64,000 nucleotides of DNA from Pseudomonadota bacterium (lineage in GTDB: Bacteria > Myxococcota > Myxococcia > Myxococcales > Vulgatibacteraceae): positions 245 to 64,244 of the forward strand of contig QGUN02000003.1 in NCBI GenBank assembly GCA_003242475.2. The letters run 5' to 3'. Of this stretch, positions 61,012 to 64,000 are shown piece after piece. The translations under genes and the position numbers were made by a program. The notes beneath the pieces are model-generated. The model made no database searches. It was not told the origin of the DNA and saw only the letters and a list, made by a program, of their open reading frames with translations. How positions within the stretch are numbered: position 1 is the stretch's first letter; each line of letters opens with the position of its first letter.

Positions 61012-61596
61012 ATGCGAAGAACGCCGATTTTCGCCTGCGCGGCGGCTGCGCTCGCGCTCTGGGGCTGCGCTTCCACGCCCACGCCTCCGAAGGAAGCGAT
61101 CGAAGGCGAGCTTGCCGACGCGCCCGAGTGGGTGCTCAAGGGCTGCCAGACCTACTGGAAGGACAAGGAAACGCGGCGGATCTGCGGCGTGGGAGCCATG
61201 GGTGGCACCCGCAACGCGGCCCTGGCGCGGACCGGCGCCATCTCCCGCGCTCGAACCGAGATCGCGCGCTCGCTACAGACCCAGGTCGAGGCGATGTTGC
61301 GCGACTACCAGGCCACCACCAGCGGGGGCGAAGCTTTCGGGCTGGCCGCCAACGACGAGCAGCACGTCGAGGACGTCAGCCGCCAGATCACCGAGCTGAC
61401 CCTCTCGGGAACCGAGCTCGTCGATTCGTGGATCTCGAAGAGCGGGACCTTCTACGCCCTGGTGGCGCTCGACCTGGAGACCTTCCGCAAGACCGTCGCC
61501 GGCATGGAGCAGCTCTCCGAGGCGGTGCGGCGCGCGGTGGTCGAGCGGGCGGAGCAGGCCTTCGACGAGCTGGATCACCAGCTCGAGCGACGCTAG
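61012..61596 (+). CDS. LPP20-like lipoprotein
   Basis: Lipobox ALWGC. Contains GVGAMGGTRNAALARTGAISRARTEIARSLQTQVEAMLRDY. TAG stop at 61594. Confidence 0.5.
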   Translation: MRRTPIFACAAAALALWGCASTPTPPKEAIEGELADAPEWVLKGCQTYWKDKETRRICGVGAMGGTRNAALARTGAISRARTEIARSLQTQVEAMLRDYQATTSGGEAFGLAANDEQHVEDVSRQITELTLSGTELVDSWISKSGTFYALVALDLETFRKTVAGMEQLSEAVRRAVVERAEQAFDELDHQLERR

Positions 61597-61680
61597 GAGC
61601 CTGGTGCGGTAGGCGACCGCCGTGAGGCTGCGGAGGCGGCCGGCGGTCGGCAAGCCTTGCGAGGAGCGCAGGCACGGCTG
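61594..61680 (+). repeat. GC-rich intergenic repeat, copy 2; starts at the TAG stop of the LPP20-like gene
   Basis: TAGGAGCCTG...GACCGCCGTGAGGCTGCGGAGGCGGCCGGCGGTC (core 61615-61648) is 26/34 identical to copy 1. It contains a perfect 8-bp inverted repeat GACCGCCG/CGGCGGTC, then TCGGCAAGCCTT. Confidence 0.7.
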
Positions 61681-61784
61681 GCGCCACGTCGAGGCGCGCG
61701 CGCCGGCCGCAGCCCGGGCTGCCGTAGCGGCTTGGCCACGGCACGGGTTCCCGGGATCGCCTGCGCTCCGCGCTCCGCCCACGC

Positions 61785-62696
61785 TCAGCGGGCAGGCCGT
61801 GGAGCCGGTTGCGGGGCGGAGTCCTGCTGATTCGACTTCGAGGGCGTCGCGGAACCGGAGGACGAGGAGCTCTTCTTCCGGAGGCGCGCCTGGACCTCGG
61901 CGAAGCCACCCACGATCTCCGTCCGCCCCTTGGCCGCCTTGCGCTCGCGGATCAACTTGCGGAGCGACTGCGCCCGCTCGGCCGGCTGCGGGTGGGAGGC
62001 GAAGAACTTCTCGATGGCGTGCGGCGAGCCGGAGTGGCGGCCGAGCGTGTCGAAGAAGGCCGGCATGGCGTTCGGGTCGTAGCCGGCGGCGATCAGGTAG
62101 TCGAGGCCACGCGCGTCCGCCTCGCGCTCGGCTTCTCGCGAATGCCGCGACATGTAGCCCTGCGCGGCGATGGCCGCGGCGAGCTGGGCCACGGTGCCGG
62201 GGTCGTTGCCCATGGCCAGGCGGGAGAGCGCCTCCAGGCTGTAAGCGGTGCCCAGGGAGCGGGCGGCGTGCCGGCAGGTGACGTGGCCCACCTCGTGCCC
62301 GAGGACCGCCGCCAGCTCGGCCTCGGACTTGGTGGCCAGGATCAGCCCCGAGTAGACGTAGATGTGGCCGCCGGGAAGGGCGAAGGCGTTGATGGTCCTG
62401 GGGTCGTCGATCACGGTGAAGCGGTAGGCGATCCCCTTGCGGCTGTCGCGGCTGGCGGCGGCGATGCGCTTGCCCACTGCGGCCACGTAGGCCTGGACCT
62501 GCGGGTCCGGGTGGATCCTCTCCTGCTTGTTCACCTCCGCGGCGAGCTGGTTGCCGAGCTTGACCTCCTCCGAAACCGGCAGGAGGACCTCGCCGACCGC
62601 GCCGGTCCCCTTGTCGATGGTCCGCGTGACCGAGGCGCAGGAGATCGTGGCGAAAAGAAAAAAGAGGGGAAGAATGCCAGGTCGCCTTCGATTCAT
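61785..62696 (-). CDS. M48-family zinc metallopeptidase lipoprotein (BepA/YcaL-like)
   Basis: Lipobox FATISC. Contains INAFALPGGHIYVYSGL...AAVLGHEVGHVTCRHAA...ESREAEREADARG. Confidence 0.85.
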   Translation of the reverse strand: MNRRRPGILPLFFLFATISCASVTRTIDKGTGAVGEVLLPVSEEVKLGNQLAAEVNKQERIHPDPQVQAYVAAVGKRIAAASRDSRKGIAYRFTVIDDPRTINAFALPGGHIYVYSGLILATKSEAELAAVLGHEVGHVTCRHAARSLGTAYSLEALSRLAMGNDPGTVAQLAAAIAAQGYMSRHSREAEREADARGLDYLIAAGYDPNAMPAFFDTLGRHSGSPHAIEKFFASHPQPAERAQSLRKLIRERKAAKGRTEIVGGFAEVQARLRKKSSSSSGSATPSKSNQQDSAPQPAPRPAR

Positions 62697-62732
62697 CGCA
62701 GGTGCTCCGCTTTCGGTGAGGGCGCCGATAGG

Positions 62733-63785
62733 ATGGCACCCGTGAGATTATCGGAGATCCGAGGCCAGAAACGAGCGGTCGAACTCCTTCTTTCCGCGCT
62801 GCGGATGGGGAGGGTACACCACGCCTGGCTTTTCGCCGGTCCCGACGGCGTCGGCAAGGAGACGACCGCGCGGGCCTTCGCGCAGAGCTTGCTCTGCGAG
62901 ACGCCGCTCGAGGGCGAGGCCTGCGGCGGATGCCTCGCCTGCCAGAAGGTGGAGCGCGGGGCGCATCCCGACCTTCTCGTGGTCCTTCCCGAGGCCCGAG
63001 CGGTCGACCGGGGCCTCCTTTCACGCGAGGAGCTCGGAAGGACGCCCTCCCGCGACCTCCGCATCGAGCAGGTCCGCGATCTGGAGGGGATGCTCGCCCT
63101 CGCGCCCGTGGAAGCGAAGTGCCGCGTCGTTCTCCTCGTCGGCGCCGATTCGATGAACGTGCCGGCACAGAACGCCTTCCTCAAGACGCTGGAGGAACCG
63201 CCGGTCGGCACGCACCTCGTCCTCTTGGCCGAGACCGCGGACGCGCTCTTGCCCACCATCCGCTCCCGCTGTGTTCGCGTCCCCTTCGCTCCGCTGCCGC
63301 TCGATCTCGTGGCAGAACGGGTTGCCGAGGCGCGCGGCGTCCCCGAGCAGCAGGCGCGTCTTCTCGCCGCGCTGGCCGGCGGTTCGCTGGGGCGCGCCAT
63401 GGAGCTGACCACCGAGGCGCTGGAGGACCGCGCCCGCATCCTGGAGGAGCTCGAGCAGCTGGACGCCAGCGACTTCCGCCCGCTTCTCGCCCTGGCCGAG
63501 CGGATCGCCGCGGGCGGTCGGGACGGGGCGGAGATCCTCCTGGACGCCATCGCGCTCTTCTACCGGGACGTGGCGATCCTGGCGGAAGGCGGCTCGGAGG
63601 AGATGGTGGCCAACCGGGATCTGCTGCCCCTGTTGCAGCGCGCCGCCCGGCGGGGCTGTCCTGCCGCTCTCTTCCGCTACCGGGAGGCGGCGCGCGCCCG
63701 CGAGGCCATCGAACGGCACGCGGTCCCCCGGCTGGCGGTGGAGCGATTCCTCATCCGCTGCGTCCTCGAGGAGGTCGCGCCGTGA
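62733..63785 (+). CDS. holB: DNA polymerase III delta-prime subunit
   Basis: ATG at 62733. Contains HAWLFAGPDGVGKETTARAFAQSLLCE...CGGCLACQKVERGAHPDL...NAFLKTLEEPP...PTIRSRC. Confidence 0.85.
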   Translation: MAPVRLSEIRGQKRAVELLLSALRMGRVHHAWLFAGPDGVGKETTARAFAQSLLCETPLEGEACGGCLACQKVERGAHPDLLVVLPEARAVDRGLLSREELGRTPSRDLRIEQVRDLEGMLALAPVEAKCRVVLLVGADSMNVPAQNAFLKTLEEPPVGTHLVLLAETADALLPTIRSRCVRVPFAPLPLDLVAERVAEARGVPEQQARLLAALAGGSLGRAMELTTEALEDRARILEELEQLDASDFRPLLALAERIAAGGRDGAEILLDAIALFYRDVAILAEGGSEEMVANRDLLPLLQRAARRGCPAALFRYREAARAREAIERHAVPRLAVERFLIRCVLEEVAP

Positions 63786-64000
63786 ACGTGCAGGCGCTCG
63801 TCGACGAGATCCGGCAGGGCCGAGCCCGTCCCGTCTACCTCTTCCACGGAGAGGAATTCCTGGCGCGCAAGGCGGCGCAGGAGGTGGTCGACGCCCTGGT
63901 CGACCCGGCCCAGCGCGACTTCAACTTGGTCGTCTCCGACGGCGCGAGCCCGGCGGAGGTGGCGCGCGAGCTCGCCACCCTGCCGATGTTTTCGGGGACG
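63782..64000 (+). CDS. holA: Probable DNA polymerase III delta subunit, 5' end (partial, runs off the window end)
   Basis: GTG at 63782 overlaps the holB stop (GTGA). The product VYLFHGEEFLARKAAQEVVDAL...LPMFS resembles HolA N-termini. Confidence 0.5.
   Translation, partial: MNVQALVDEIRQGRARPVYLFHGEEFLARKAAQEVVDALVDPAQRDFNLVVSDGASPAEVARELATLPMFSGT

Noticed and set aside
60771-61596. The idea that TAG is recoded (pyrrolysine or genome-wide reassignment). It arose because the repeat-encoded DRREAAEA frame continues from the TAG stops of two lipoprotein genes.
   Set aside because: TAG terminates several conserved genes at their expected lengths in this window: rplV at 2635, rpmC at 3976, map at 11378 and hisS at 24133. 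Global reassignment is therefore untenable. Local programmed readthrough remains only a weak alternative, and the third repeat copy has no upstream gene.

Overview
GC-rich bacterial chromosomal window with strongly GC3-biased codons. It is densely coded and mostly housekeeping; lineage cannot be fixed from the sequence, though a Myxococcota-like organism is a plausible guess. Alternate-frame and antisense ORFs in the supplied track are abundant and mostly spurious. 1-14.7 kb holds the S10-spc-alpha ribosomal protein cluster (rpsJ 3' end to rplQ, with secY-adk-map and an unlisted rpmJ). Two order anomalies stand out: rplC is absent between rpsJ and rplD, and infA is absent between map and rpmJ. 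14.7-21.8 kb holds a large multi-domain lipoprotein, a CxxC thioredoxin-like gene, tRNA-Cys, a hypothetical gene coupled to a PP2C phosphatase fused to a cNMP-binding domain, asd and a membrane-anchored hypothetical. 22-34.5 kb is a tightly coupled housekeeping run: psd-hisS-miaA-accA-hisC-cmk-ispH-rpsA, a small putative lipoprotein, then glyQ-glyS. The most interesting region is 34.5-42.6 kb. It is a compact pilin-less Tad-like module translationally coupled to glyS. It has two beta-propeller-like lipoproteins, one ORF joining an A24 prepilin peptidase to a CpaC-type secretin, an FHA-CpaF ATPase and a helical/TPR-like protein. The rest is polA; a four-repeat Kazal-type lipoprotein plus a tiny echo ORF; a DUF167/zinc-peptidase pair; a SIMPL protein; a two-gene Sox/Hcn/Oox-like flavoprotein oxidoreductase; PCD; truD; oppABCDF; a PHP-like protein lacking the usual His motifs; three lipoprotein genes; and holB plus the holA 5' end. 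A GC-rich intergenic repeat occurs at least three times. In two copies it abuts, in frame, the TAG stops of adjacent lipoprotein genes. No CRISPR, rRNA, transposase or integrase was seen.
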